46,530 nucleotides of DNA, taken from positions 1-46,530 of IMG/VR virus record IMGVR_UViG_3300019758_000010; one strand, given 5' to 3'. This document shows positions 16,683 through 26,200 of the stretch, one piece after another; positions within the stretch are counted from its first letter, which is position 1, and every line of letters begins with the position of its first letter. The notes beneath the pieces were generated by a model. The model was not told the DNA's origin. It worked only from the letters and a program-made list of their open reading frames with translations, and did no database searches. A program made the position numbers and the translations under genes. Source of the DNA: a virus (lineage: Duplodnaviria > Caudoviricetes).

Positions 16683-17126
16683 TTAAAGATCAATTGCAGA
16701 GCAGAGATCTTTACCTACCTTTTCAAGCTTGACAGCTCCGATGTTTCTTAAACATGCGTACTTACCTGAGTCGTCTCTGATGAGAACCGGAAAGACTTGT
16801 TCAACTACCATTCCACATAAGACAGGCACTAAAGAACTAACTGTTGAAGACGCTGTAAGACTTGCTCCTACTACAGGTGCAGGTTTCACTTTTAGAAAGT
16901 CTGCTAGTTTACTGTAAACCTTTTCTCCAATCATAGAAGATTCAGCTTTACAATCAACACCTGAAATCGAAACACCGTCAAACGCTTCGTTAAGTTCTTT
17001 CTCTACTGCTACTTGAACTTTTTCAGCTACTTTGACTTTAACATCGTTAACTTTTGTACTTGAACAAGATGTGAACATCATGCTCGTTAAAAATAAAATA
17101 CCTAAACAGGCGATTACTTTTCTCAT
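16683..17126 (-). CDS. Predicted lipoprotein (lysis module, spanin-like role possible)
   Basis: MRKVIACLGILFLTSMMFTSC; four further Cys. Confidence 0.7.
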   Translation of the reverse strand: MRKVIACLGILFLTSMMFTSCSSTKVNDVKVKVAEKVQVAVEKELNEAFDGVSISGVDCKAESSMIGEKVYSKLADFLKVKPAPVVGASLTASSTVSSLVPVLCGMVVEQVFPVLIRDDSGKYACLRNIGAVKLEKVGKDLCSAIDL

Positions 17127-17446
17127 CTAAGAACTCCTTCGTTGATGATTTTGTTAAAAAATATATTGTATTTTCTCATACATTGAATGTCACCCCATTT
17201 GCAGAATAAATTTTTATTTCTACATTCTGACTTCTTCTTACCGAAAATAGTTCTACGATAGCGACATTCTTGGTCTACATAACACATTCCTTTCTCGTTG
17301 AGTTCAGGACCATGTAATTCCTCTCTACAAAAATGCCAGGCCTTTTCATTTGAAGGTACACTTACAGTTCTCCAATCGCTCCATTCACCTGAGAAAGATG
17401 CACATGAGCTGACCAAGAACATTAATATGAAACTTAACTTAAGCAT
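17123..17446 (-). CDS. Predicted Cys-rich lipoprotein (o-spanin-like role possible)
   Basis: MLKLSFILMFLVSSC lipobox; six further Cys. Confidence 0.7.
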   Translation of the reverse strand: MLKLSFILMFLVSSCASFSGEWSDWRTVSVPSNEKAWHFCREELHGPELNEKGMCYVDQECRYRRTIFGKKKSECRNKNLFCKWGDIQCMRKYNIFFNKIINEGVLR

Positions 17447-17693
17447 TTGAACCTACCTTTGCGATCATGTCTGAAATACTCGTAGAGAACTCTTTAGCGT
17501 AAGCTTCTGTAAAGTTATCTAACTTCTTTTGCGCCGTCGCTATACGAGCATCGTTATAGTGAGGATACGTAGCAGCTTTCTCGTGATCTAAATCATTCTT
17601 AAGATCGTGCAACTTCTTAGAGAAGTACCTACGTCTTTCATCTGTAAAAATTTCTGTACCTTTTAAAAGAATTCCTAAAATTGTTTCAGTCAT
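17439..17693 (-). CDS. Hypothetical helical protein in the lysis module
   Basis: AGGAGG RBS, coupled to neighbours. Confidence 0.75.
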   Translation of the reverse strand: MTETILGILLKGTEIFTDERRRYFSKKLHDLKNDLDHEKAATYPHYNDARIATAQKKLDNFTEAYAKEFSTSISDMIAKVGSNA

Positions 17694-17872
17694 TTCAGAC
17701 CTCCTAAAGGTTTATCAGTAACAACTCTCAGTAGACCGAAGATAAACCCTACCAACCCCATAACTTCTTTAGGGTTGTTCTCAACTAGTTCTTTAGCTTC
17801 AGGTATTGCTGATGAAATTACTGCAGTTAAAATTGCAGCCCACATCGTTTTAGATTTGTAAAATGTTTTCAT
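17690..17872 (-). CDS. Putative holin
   Basis: 60 aa; K.FYKSKT.W start, two hydrophobic segments, LR.VT.KP end. Confidence 0.7.
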   Translation of the reverse strand: MKTFYKSKTMWAAILTAVISSAIPEAKELVENNPKEVMGLVGFIFGLLRVVTDKPLGGLK

Positions 17873-17883
17873 AATGTCTTCTC

Positions 17884-18042
17884 CTACTTTATGAATTTAT
17901 GCTTGAACATTTCAAAAGCTACTATAAAAATTGCAACATAGCTAGTCACCTTGACTTTGAAATGATTCAATGACTTAACTTCCTTTCTAAGTTCTCGAAT
18001 TTCGTATAGAACAATTTCTTTAAAATCTGAATCATCACTCAT
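17884..18042 (-). CDS. Small coiled-coil plus C-terminal TM protein (XhlA/holin-accessory-like, 52 aa, not in ORF track)
   Basis: MSDDSDFKEIVLYEIRELRKEVKSLNHFKVKVTSYVAIFIVAFEMFKHKFIK fills the gap. Confidence 0.65.
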   Translation of the reverse strand: MSDDSDFKEIVLYEIRELRKEVKSLNHFKVKVTSYVAIFIVAFEMFKHKFIK

Positions 18043-18043
18043 T

Positions 18044-18661
18044 TTAAATCCCGTGTTTTGTGATAAAACTTAGAAGATCATTTCTCATCTCTTCAGTAGC
18101 TAACACTCCGTCAGGTTCCATAAGAATGACCGCTTTCTTAAATTTCCCAGGTCTCCAATCAGCAAGCGCAGTGAACACGTCTAAGTATTTCACTTTCTGT
18201 TCATCTTTCTGCTCACCTGTAAGTCTGAGTTTAATATTATGTTTCATTACGATCTTAACACAACCAAGACAAAGATCTACTAACATATCAGCTAACGCAT
18301 CTTCTTGGTCTTTTACAGCTTGAAGCTCTTGAGAGGTTAAGAACTCTTGATAAGATAACTCTAAGATAATTAAAGTCGATTCATCTTTCTCAGCTAGAAT
18401 CCTTTTAACTTCTATAGCAGGGTTAGAAATAATCATATCAGCTTCATGAAACGCACCTCTAAGGTCTTTAATAGCGTCGAGTCTGTTTCTCATATCGACT
18501 TTAATTAAACGGTCGTTTTCCCAGCTCTCTAACTCTTCCTTGTAGATTAAAAACTCAGCTTGTAATTCTTCAGTAGTCGCTTCGTCTTTGTTCAATCTCA
18601 AAAGAAGAATAGATTCTTCAACATCTTCGAATTTTAAATTTTGAATTTCTTGTAAAGTCAT
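18044..18661 (-). CDS. Hypothetical helical protein downstream of tail fibre (possible fibre chaperone)
   Basis: 205 aa, acidic and helical; function from position only. Confidence 0.6.
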   Translation of the reverse strand: MTLQEIQNLKFEDVEESILLLRLNKDEATTEELQAEFLIYKEELESWENDRLIKVDMRNRLDAIKDLRGAFHEADMIISNPAIEVKRILAEKDESTLIILELSYQEFLTSQELQAVKDQEDALADMLVDLCLGCVKIVMKHNIKLRLTGEQKDEQKVKYLDVFTALADWRPGKFKKAVILMEPDGVLATEEMRNDLLSFITKHGI

Positions 18662-18667
18662 TTTTAA

Positions 18668-20905
18668 TTACCTTGTTTTTACGATTCTAACTTGAGCGTA
18701 AACTTCATCTACTGCGAAGTTTGAAGCTTCTCCGAATCCGTTACCTGCTCTTGTCACTGAACCTCTATGTTGAAGTTCAAAAGTAGTATCCTTAGTAAGT
18801 ACGATAGTACCTGTAACAAACGCTTTATCCATCACACCTGTATTACTATTGAAGTTAGATAGACCTATTAACTCAGTAGGAAATACAGTATCTGTCACAT
18901 TGTAAAACGCAATCTTATGTTGAACTACAGCATATGCAATTCCGAAACCTTCCATATTATATTCTCCAGGTCCGAGAACAAATTGATTAGATGTTAAACT
19001 TTTAACAATACCTGAAGGATCCTGAAGAGTATTCAAGTCTCTCGTTTGCCAAGAACCTGCAGTGAAAGTCCCACCTCCAGTACCTGCAGCTTTAACGTCT
19101 TTAATGACTGCTGTGTGATGTACCGGAACTGCTACTATAGAATCTAAACCTGCTTTAGAGATTGTGAAAGTTGAAACACCTGTTAAACCTCCTACAGCTC
19201 CGTCAGTGTGTGCTCTGATAACATCACCTTCTTTAAGAGGTATCTGAACCGATACACAACCACTCCATCCTGAACTAGTAGGTGTTTCGACACCTATTCT
19301 ATCATCGTTATTAATTAACGTGATAGCAGTAGTTAACTGAGTGCTATTGAGACTGATTCCCATGTTCATAGCTGAACCAGCATTGTCAGAATAACTGATG
19401 TAATATAACCCTTTCTTATTAATCGTGAATTCTCCGCCATCGGTTGCACTATCGGAATAAGTGATAGCTGAACCTAAGTTACTTACAATATTTGAGAATC
19501 TTCTAATTTTATTATTAACTGAACCGTAACCGTTAGAAGTGTTCACTCTAACTACAGAGTCGGAACTGTTCTGATTAATATACGCTAAAACAGTGTCACT
19601 CTTGGCAGTTGCAACGAAATTTACATAGACGTTAGCGGCTAACGATATTACTGTTCCTCCCGGTCCTGATTCAGGTGAAGTAGTATATACGCAAGGTGAA
19701 ATGATGTCGTCTTTTTTAAGTTGAATATTCAATCCGCAAGTAGAGTAATTACCTCCACCCGATCCGAAACTATTCCCAGGTCTAACTAACGAATCGTTGA
19801 TGTAAAAACCTATAGCTTGATTAGTGTTAACCGGACTGCTGATATTACCTCTTACTATACAATCTCTTGTTACTCTAAAGTAAGTACGAGTATTACCTAC
19901 ATCATCGACTGCTTCTAACAAAGTGTGACCTTTATTAGTTATCGTAGCAGTAGCTAAGTTAAATCTTAATTCTCCAGTTCGATCTAATAAAGCGTTAGTT
20001 GATTGATTAATTGAATAATTTTGCTCATCTAAAAACGAACGATACTGATAAAGGTTCGTAGTGAACTCTATATCATCCAAGAGAAATGACTCTGTATCAA
20101 CTGGAGCGACTCTCATATGGAAACCGTAACTTATAGATAAAGTTGAAGCAGGTATGAAAATACTGAAGGAATAAAAAGTCTTATCGAACCCACCGTTAAG
20201 AACATGTTTACCTGACGTATCTAATTTTTTATTATTAGTGTTATCCCAAACTACAAATTCTGCATCAGTACTGAAAGCACTCATGTCGGCCCACAAATTG
20301 ACCGCTACTTCTTCACCTCTAATTTTAGGATCTAAAGTAACTGTTTCAACATCAAACCAATCGTCAGTAGATGCAGCACCTGCTGTGTACTTAGCAGATC
20401 TTCCTTTTGAAATAGGATTAACTGTTTCGTCAGCTAACGTTCCGCCGAATACACCTGCAGTTTTATAAATGGCGTTCTGACCACTTGTGAATAATGCTGT
20501 CGATAGACCTTCGAAACCTTGACTATGAAAAGTATCTAGGTGTTTCGTCTCACCTGATAACTCAACCCAATTACCGGGAGTGAACGTGACATCAGTGTTA
20601 GCAATTACACATTTGTAAATTTTACTGTCTGCAGGTAAATGTACAACATCTCCGATAACGTAAGAAGTTGCCGAAGTCCATTCGTTAAGGCCTCCGCCTC
20701 CGCCGCCTACTTCAGCCCAATCACCATCTGTAATACCACCTTTGAGCTGGTAATAAGTTTGATTAGATATAACGTAAACAGTAAGTCCTTCGTATCTCTT
20801 ACCTGCGATAATAGCGTTCCTAGCTGTGATATCTGCAACACTAGATCTACTATCTATAGGGAAAGCTCCGTTTATATCAAAATTTGATCCTAATTGAATG
20901 CCCAT
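18668..20905 (-). CDS. Distal tail fibre / receptor-binding protein
   Basis: N-terminal ~70 aa shared with the 316-aa gene; CBM5/12-like W...TSY.IGDVV....IYKC; several beta-sandwich-like domains. Confidence 0.8.
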   Translation of the reverse strand: MGIQLGSNFDINGAFPIDSRSSVADITARNAIIAGKRYEGLTVYVISNQTYYQLKGGITDGDWAEVGGGGGGLNEWTSATSYVIGDVVHLPADSKIYKCVIANTDVTFTPGNWVELSGETKHLDTFHSQGFEGLSTALFTSGQNAIYKTAGVFGGTLADETVNPISKGRSAKYTAGAASTDDWFDVETVTLDPKIRGEEVAVNLWADMSAFSTDAEFVVWDNTNNKKLDTSGKHVLNGGFDKTFYSFSIFIPASTLSISYGFHMRVAPVDTESFLLDDIEFTTNLYQYRSFLDEQNYSINQSTNALLDRTGELRFNLATATITNKGHTLLEAVDDVGNTRTYFRVTRDCIVRGNISSPVNTNQAIGFYINDSLVRPGNSFGSGGGNYSTCGLNIQLKKDDIISPCVYTTSPESGPGGTVISLAANVYVNFVATAKSDTVLAYINQNSSDSVVRVNTSNGYGSVNNKIRRFSNIVSNLGSAITYSDSATDGGEFTINKKGLYYISYSDNAGSAMNMGISLNSTQLTTAITLINNDDRIGVETPTSSGWSGCVSVQIPLKEGDVIRAHTDGAVGGLTGVSTFTISKAGLDSIVAVPVHHTAVIKDVKAAGTGGGTFTAGSWQTRDLNTLQDPSGIVKSLTSNQFVLGPGEYNMEGFGIAYAVVQHKIAFYNVTDTVFPTELIGLSNFNSNTGVMDKAFVTGTIVLTKDTTFELQHRGSVTRAGNGFGEASNFAVDEVYAQVRIVKTR

Positions 20906-20916
20906 TTTAAATTACC

Positions 20917-21867
20917 TTATTGTTTGAACACGTAGTTAGTAGCAGGTGCTGTTACCACGTTGTTAAATTCATAAATTCTATAACTGACAGCGTTTGTATC
21001 TAGGCCTGTAATATTAGCTATAGTTTCTGTCCAATCACCAAAGACTTCGAATCCGTTCTCATCAAGAATAGAAGTTAAAGCTCCGTATGAAGCTGGATAA
21101 GCGAAGTAGTAAACCTGACTTGTAGCTGCTCCGAAACTTCTATCGTAATTAGTATTTTCAGTTCTCACATCTTTGGTAAGTGCTGCGACCTGAGCAGGTG
21201 TTAACCCTGCAGCTCCTATTCCGTAATAGTAAGGATATACAAAATTGAAAGTTCTTGAAGAACTGACTGTAGAAGGTCCACCAGTTGCTCCGTTATCAGT
21301 AACGTCAACTCTAAAAGTTAAGTTATCACTGAAAGGCGCAGATGAATCTACATGTACTTCAGATCCTCCACCCGGATTCGCAGGAGGCGTATTAACATCA
21401 ATGCTTACTCCGCCTCTGAAGAACTCAACAGTAGCGATGTCATCAGATCTCTTGGTAGTTGTAGCAGTTAAAGTTGTACTTGCAACTGAATCACCTTTTT
21501 CTCTAACTGTCCCACTTCCTGAAGCAGATAATGAAACTAAAGGAGCTAAGTATGAAAGGTTAAGTATCTGATCGATAGTCGCACCTAAGTCTGCAGTGTC
21601 GAAAGCTTCTCCGAATCTTGCAGAGAAACCTGAACGAGCGTATACAGTGTCATCGAAACCACCTCCGCCTGCTTCAGCCCAGTTAGCGTTTAAAATACCA
21701 CCTTGTAGCTGATAACTTTTCAACTCAGACTCAACATATACAGTGAGTCCTTCGTATCTCTTACCTGCTACGATAGCGTCTCTGGCCGTTAAATCTGCAA
21801 CGACAGTTCTATCATCTAAAGGAAGAGCTGTCTGTACGCTAAAATTTGATCCTAATGGAATACCCAT
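20917..21867 (-). CDS. Tail fibre extender-like protein (N-terminus like the 745-aa gene, C-terminus like the 441-aa gene)
   Basis: Direct visual alignment with both neighbours. Confidence 0.75.
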   Translation of the reverse strand: MGIPLGSNFSVQTALPLDDRTVVADLTARDAIVAGKRYEGLTVYVESELKSYQLQGGILNANWAEAGGGGFDDTVYARSGFSARFGEAFDTADLGATIDQILNLSYLAPLVSLSASGSGTVREKGDSVASTTLTATTTKRSDDIATVEFFRGGVSIDVNTPPANPGGGSEVHVDSSAPFSDNLTFRVDVTDNGATGGPSTVSSSRTFNFVYPYYYGIGAAGLTPAQVAALTKDVRTENTNYDRSFGAATSQVYYFAYPASYGALTSILDENGFEVFGDWTETIANITGLDTNAVSYRIYEFNNVVTAPATNYVFKQ

Positions 21868-21872
21868 AATTA

Positions 21873-23198
21873 TTACCTTATAAAAGTATAGTCAGTTGAC
21901 CCTGCTACTACAGGATTGTTGAATTCGTAAATTCTATAACTGACTGCTGATGCGTCTAATCCTGTAATGTTCTCAGTACGTAATGTCCAATCACCGATAG
22001 TTTCGAAACTGTTCTCATCGAGAATGGAAGTCAATGCTCCGTAAGATGCAGGATAGGCGAAATAATAAACATCACCGTTACTAGTTGTAAAAGATTTATT
22101 TAAGTTTGAATTTGAAGTTCTAATATCTTTAGTGAGTGCTGCGACCTGAGCTGCTGTTAGTCCAGGTACTCCAGCTCCAGAATAATACGGATATACAAAC
22201 GTAAAGTTTCGTGAACTAACAGTCGTAGAAGGACCGCCACTAGTTCCATCATCAGTAACATCAACTCTAAATGTAGTGTCATCGCTAAAAGGTGCAGCGT
22301 TGTAAGTAAATAGAGTGTTACCAGTTCCTGTAACCACTGGAGGATTGTTATCGTCAATGCTTACACCGTCTTTGAAAAACTGAATACGAGCAATGTCATC
22401 ACTTGTCTTGGTAACTGCAGCGGTTAAGTTAGTACTTGCAACTGGATCACCTTTCTCTCTTACTGTAGTAGATCCTGAAGCTGTTAAATTAACTAAAGGT
22501 GCTGCGTACTGAAGATCTAATATTTTGTTTAAAGTGTCTCTTAAACCTGTACTTGAAAAAGCTTCTGTGAATCTTGCTGAATAACCTGCGAAATCAAAAA
22601 CCTTCCATTCAACATTACCGTCAGTAGCGTCGATTTTACCAAGAAGATCTTCAGCTCCTCCACCTGCAGGAAGCTTATCTCCTGAACCTTCTCCGAATTG
22701 AAGACCTGTACCGGCTGCATTTACTTGTAAAAACTTTTCAGTGTTATTAGCGATATCTCTAGGTAGAGTAGTATCGAAAGTAGTTTCATCGTCCGTATCG
22801 TTTATTTTAATCGATTGACTTGATCTTAAAGTTAAACGTTGAATTATACCAGTTAAGAAATCTAAAGCTAGTTCAATTCTCTTAAGACTGAAGCTACCTT
22901 TGTTTCTGAATTCGTAAGGTTGAGTTGGAGCATCGTTAGCCAGTAGTATAAATAATTTATAATTATTAGCAAGGTTAGCGGCAAGGTTCACCGTACCTGC
23001 TCCATCTACAGGATCAAAGTCTACACTACTAAGGTAAACTATATCAGTACCTCTGACTCTTTGAGTTTCTACACCGGAGTCATCGACTTCGATTACTAAG
23101 AGTTGAGATAGTTCTTCAATTTTAAAGTCAAACGTATAGGAAGCTAATGTTCCATTTCCTGTGTAACTTTGTTTAGGTGCGTATGTTGTTCTTGCCAT
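21873..23198 (-). CDS. Proximal tail fibre with T7 gp17-like N-terminal adaptor
   Basis: YTGNGT...YTFDFKI.....L.V, IELALD.LT..IQ.L. Confidence 0.82.
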   Translation of the reverse strand: MARTTYAPKQSYTGNGTLASYTFDFKIEELSQLLVIEVDDSGVETQRVRGTDIVYLSSVDFDPVDGAGTVNLAANLANNYKLFILLANDAPTQPYEFRNKGSFSLKRIELALDFLTGIIQRLTLRSSQSIKINDTDDETTFDTTLPRDIANNTEKFLQVNAAGTGLQFGEGSGDKLPAGGGAEDLLGKIDATDGNVEWKVFDFAGYSARFTEAFSSTGLRDTLNKILDLQYAAPLVNLTASGSTTVREKGDPVASTNLTAAVTKTSDDIARIQFFKDGVSIDDNNPPVVTGTGNTLFTYNAAPFSDDTTFRVDVTDDGTSGGPSTTVSSRNFTFVYPYYSGAGVPGLTAAQVAALTKDIRTSNSNLNKSFTTSNGDVYYFAYPASYGALTSILDENSFETIGDWTLRTENITGLDASAVSYRIYEFNNPVVAGSTDYTFIR

Positions 23199-23229
23199 AG
23201 CTAAATCCTTTCATTAAGTGGTTTTATTG

Positions 23230-26200
23230 TCAATCCATCTCTTTATTGATAAAATCCTTAACTTGTTTTACAGTAGTAAAACCATCAAATAATTTCCCTT
23301 CTAAACCTAGATCATTAAGCTTCTCAGAAGATTTAGAGAGATGGATTGCAGTGTACTCTAACGCTCCGAATCTATGAGATCCGAATAATGTTCTATCGTT
23401 TACAGGAACGCTATATTCCTGAAGAACTTCACCGTTTTCTTTCATGCTTTGATACATTGCTAGATCTTGTTCTGAAGTATCAGACGAAATACGTCCGTCA
23501 TCTGTCAACTCTAAATCAGGATATCTTTCTGCTAACTCGTTCCATCTCTCTTCAGTGAATTGATAGATGCCTGCTGCACCTGTCGTCTCATTGAGTTCAA
23601 AAGGCTTACTTAGAGCTTGCTTATCGATCATATCAGCTGTTATTTCCACTGACTTCATGTCTCTTGGTAATGCATTGGAAACTTCATCCTCCAGGCCTTC
23701 AAGAGTTTGTAATTTCTCAGGACTAGCATCTTCTTTAGCGTTGTCTATTTTATCTAAAACATCATCTGTCATTATCGAAAGTGTTGAAGGAATACTAGTT
23801 AAATCAATATCAGCGTAACCTTTTAACATATTATTAATTTTCCTAGGACCATTGACAGGTATCCCTCCACCTGCAGCACCAGCAGCAGTATACCAAAGAC
23901 CTTGAAACTGTTTACGAGTAAGTCCGTCTCCAGTTAGTAAAGCTCCTGCACCTACTAAACCGTTTGCTACATCAGTGATGAATTTCGCACCTAATGTCCT
24001 AGCTGTTTTATCTTGCTTGAAACCTTGTGTTGCAAATTTAATATCTCTAACTAAAGGAATGCTTCCTAATGGAGCTTCAATTGCAGACTTAAGACCGTAT
24101 GAAGCTGTTGATCCTAGGAAAGTCATTAGAGTTCCTAAGTCTTCAACATTTTTCATCTCATCCCAAGGAGTCTCATCGTCAATTTCACGACCTGGGTTTA
24201 CAGTTCTATAAACAGCTTCCTGATACATGTTAGCTAACGACATGACCATGATCATAGATGTAGTATCTTTCATGGCCTGACCGTAATCTTGAAGTTTAAG
24301 TGATTGTTTAATTTTTCTAGTTTGTGAAAAACCTGTAAGTAATTGCGACCTTACATCAGTGTAGAACATCGTGAATAATTTCATCGCTGCTACTTTCTCT
24401 AATGCCGACTTATCAATTGTCGCACTTGTTGTGAGAGCTAAATCTGAAATCTGCTTCACATACTTTTTGGCCTGGAGATTAATATCTTCTTGTGACATTG
24501 AATTTAATTTATCTCTATTGAAACCTTTAACATCACCGTTAACGAATTGAGTATACGCTGCATTTGATACAGCTACTTTAATGTGAACGTCTAAATGTTT
24601 AAGACCTAATAAAGAAGTCTCAGTCACCCAGTCTCTAGCTCTTGAAAGTTTATTACCTTTCTTAGGTAATACATCACTCATAGTAGCAGTTAAACTGTCA
24701 TCGACTGCATCTCTATTTAATTTAATATCAGGGTTGATGAGAACTGCTTCATCCCATAACTTTTGGTAGTCTGCAGTACCTACATGCTTCAGTGTCTGAC
24801 TTAAAGACTTAGCGAGATATTTACCGCCTGTATTACCCATTCTTAAAGTAGCTGCACTTAATGAAAGTGGCTGCATCAAAATTGAACTAGGATTGAAGCC
24901 TAGAAGTCCTACGACTTGTCCGGTCTTCAAATGATTGAAACCTTTACTAAGTGTGGACATCGTTTCATTGTCCAAGAATATGTCGGAGTCCTTACCTACA
25001 ACTTCAATAACTGAGTTAACCATCGTATTATATTTAGCTTCTCCTACTGTCGCTTGAATTGATTTAGCGTATACAGGATTTCTTAGAAGTTTTAAAGTAT
25101 CCATCCCTGACTCTCTGTATGACAAATCATGAATAGTTTCTTCATAAGCTGATATAATATTTCTGAAATTAGTATCAAGTTCTCTCGTAGTGTTTTTCTT
25201 ACGAGAAATGAATCTACCTTGTTCTGTTTGTTCTGCTGCTCTAAGCTTAGAGTAAAGTTTATTATCAGATTTACCTCCGAACATACCTGAAACTTTATCC
25301 CCCATTACTTCAATGAATCTAGTGATCGATTCATCTGCAGAAGTTTTCAGAAAGTTGTTAGGAACATAACCACCTTCAGTCACTCTACCTCTATGGATAA
25401 CAGGAACACCTGTGATCATTTTAGGTTCAACACCTGTAGTCCTCTTGTGAAGATCGAAAGATTCCTTCTCAAAGCTTTTAAATATATTAGTGAAGTTCTG
25501 AGCTAACTTAGCATCCGACTCATCTAAGTGAGTGTCAAGTATGAATTGCATAGTATCTAATGACATGAAGTCACCTGACTCATTTACAAAGTTTTTAATT
25601 CTAGCTTTTGAATCTGGATCACCCATGTACATGAGTAGTGTCCATAAATCAGACTTCTGAATCTTTCCATCACCAAGAGCAAGGAAACCTTTAAACTCTG
25701 GAACATCTACGAACTCGTTGAAAGCTCTATCGAATTTTTCCTGACCGTAATCATCAGCGATCTTTTTAATCTGATTCATTACATCTGAATTTAAGTTTCT
25801 AGATTTACTTTCAGACTCTACCATCTTCCCTAGAATCGCTTCATTATGTTTTCCGTTAAGTTGTTCTCTATCTAACTGCAGAGCGATGTTCTTAGGATTA
25901 TTTAAACTAGCGTTGATAGTCCCTATGAATTCAAACGTATGATCTTTAAAAGACATTGAATTTCTGTTTCTGATTTTTCTAAGTCTTTTCTCATCGTAAT
26001 CAAGGTGATGAGTTTCTAAATCACTTGCTAAGTCTGAGACTAATGCTTCTTCAGATAGAACCTGATTCTTAGTTTCAATAGCGTCTTGCATTCTTAAAAG
26101 TTTATTCATGTGCTTAGACTGATGATTCAAAGATTTTAAATGATCAGTAATAGCTAGGAATTGTTCTGTTGTTAAATTATCCCCACGTTCTCTAATGTCT

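Noticed and set aside
20906-21880. Programmed frameshift or read-through fusing the three fibre genes
   Set aside because: Both junctions have the same frame offset, but there is no canonical slippery heptamer. An in-frame TAA lies just before the 745-aa start, and each gene has its own TAAGG RBS.
18668-23198. Diversity-generating retroelement as in BPP-1
   Set aside because: No reverse transcriptase ORF. The duplicated fibre segments are both coding and differ at all base types, not only at adenines.
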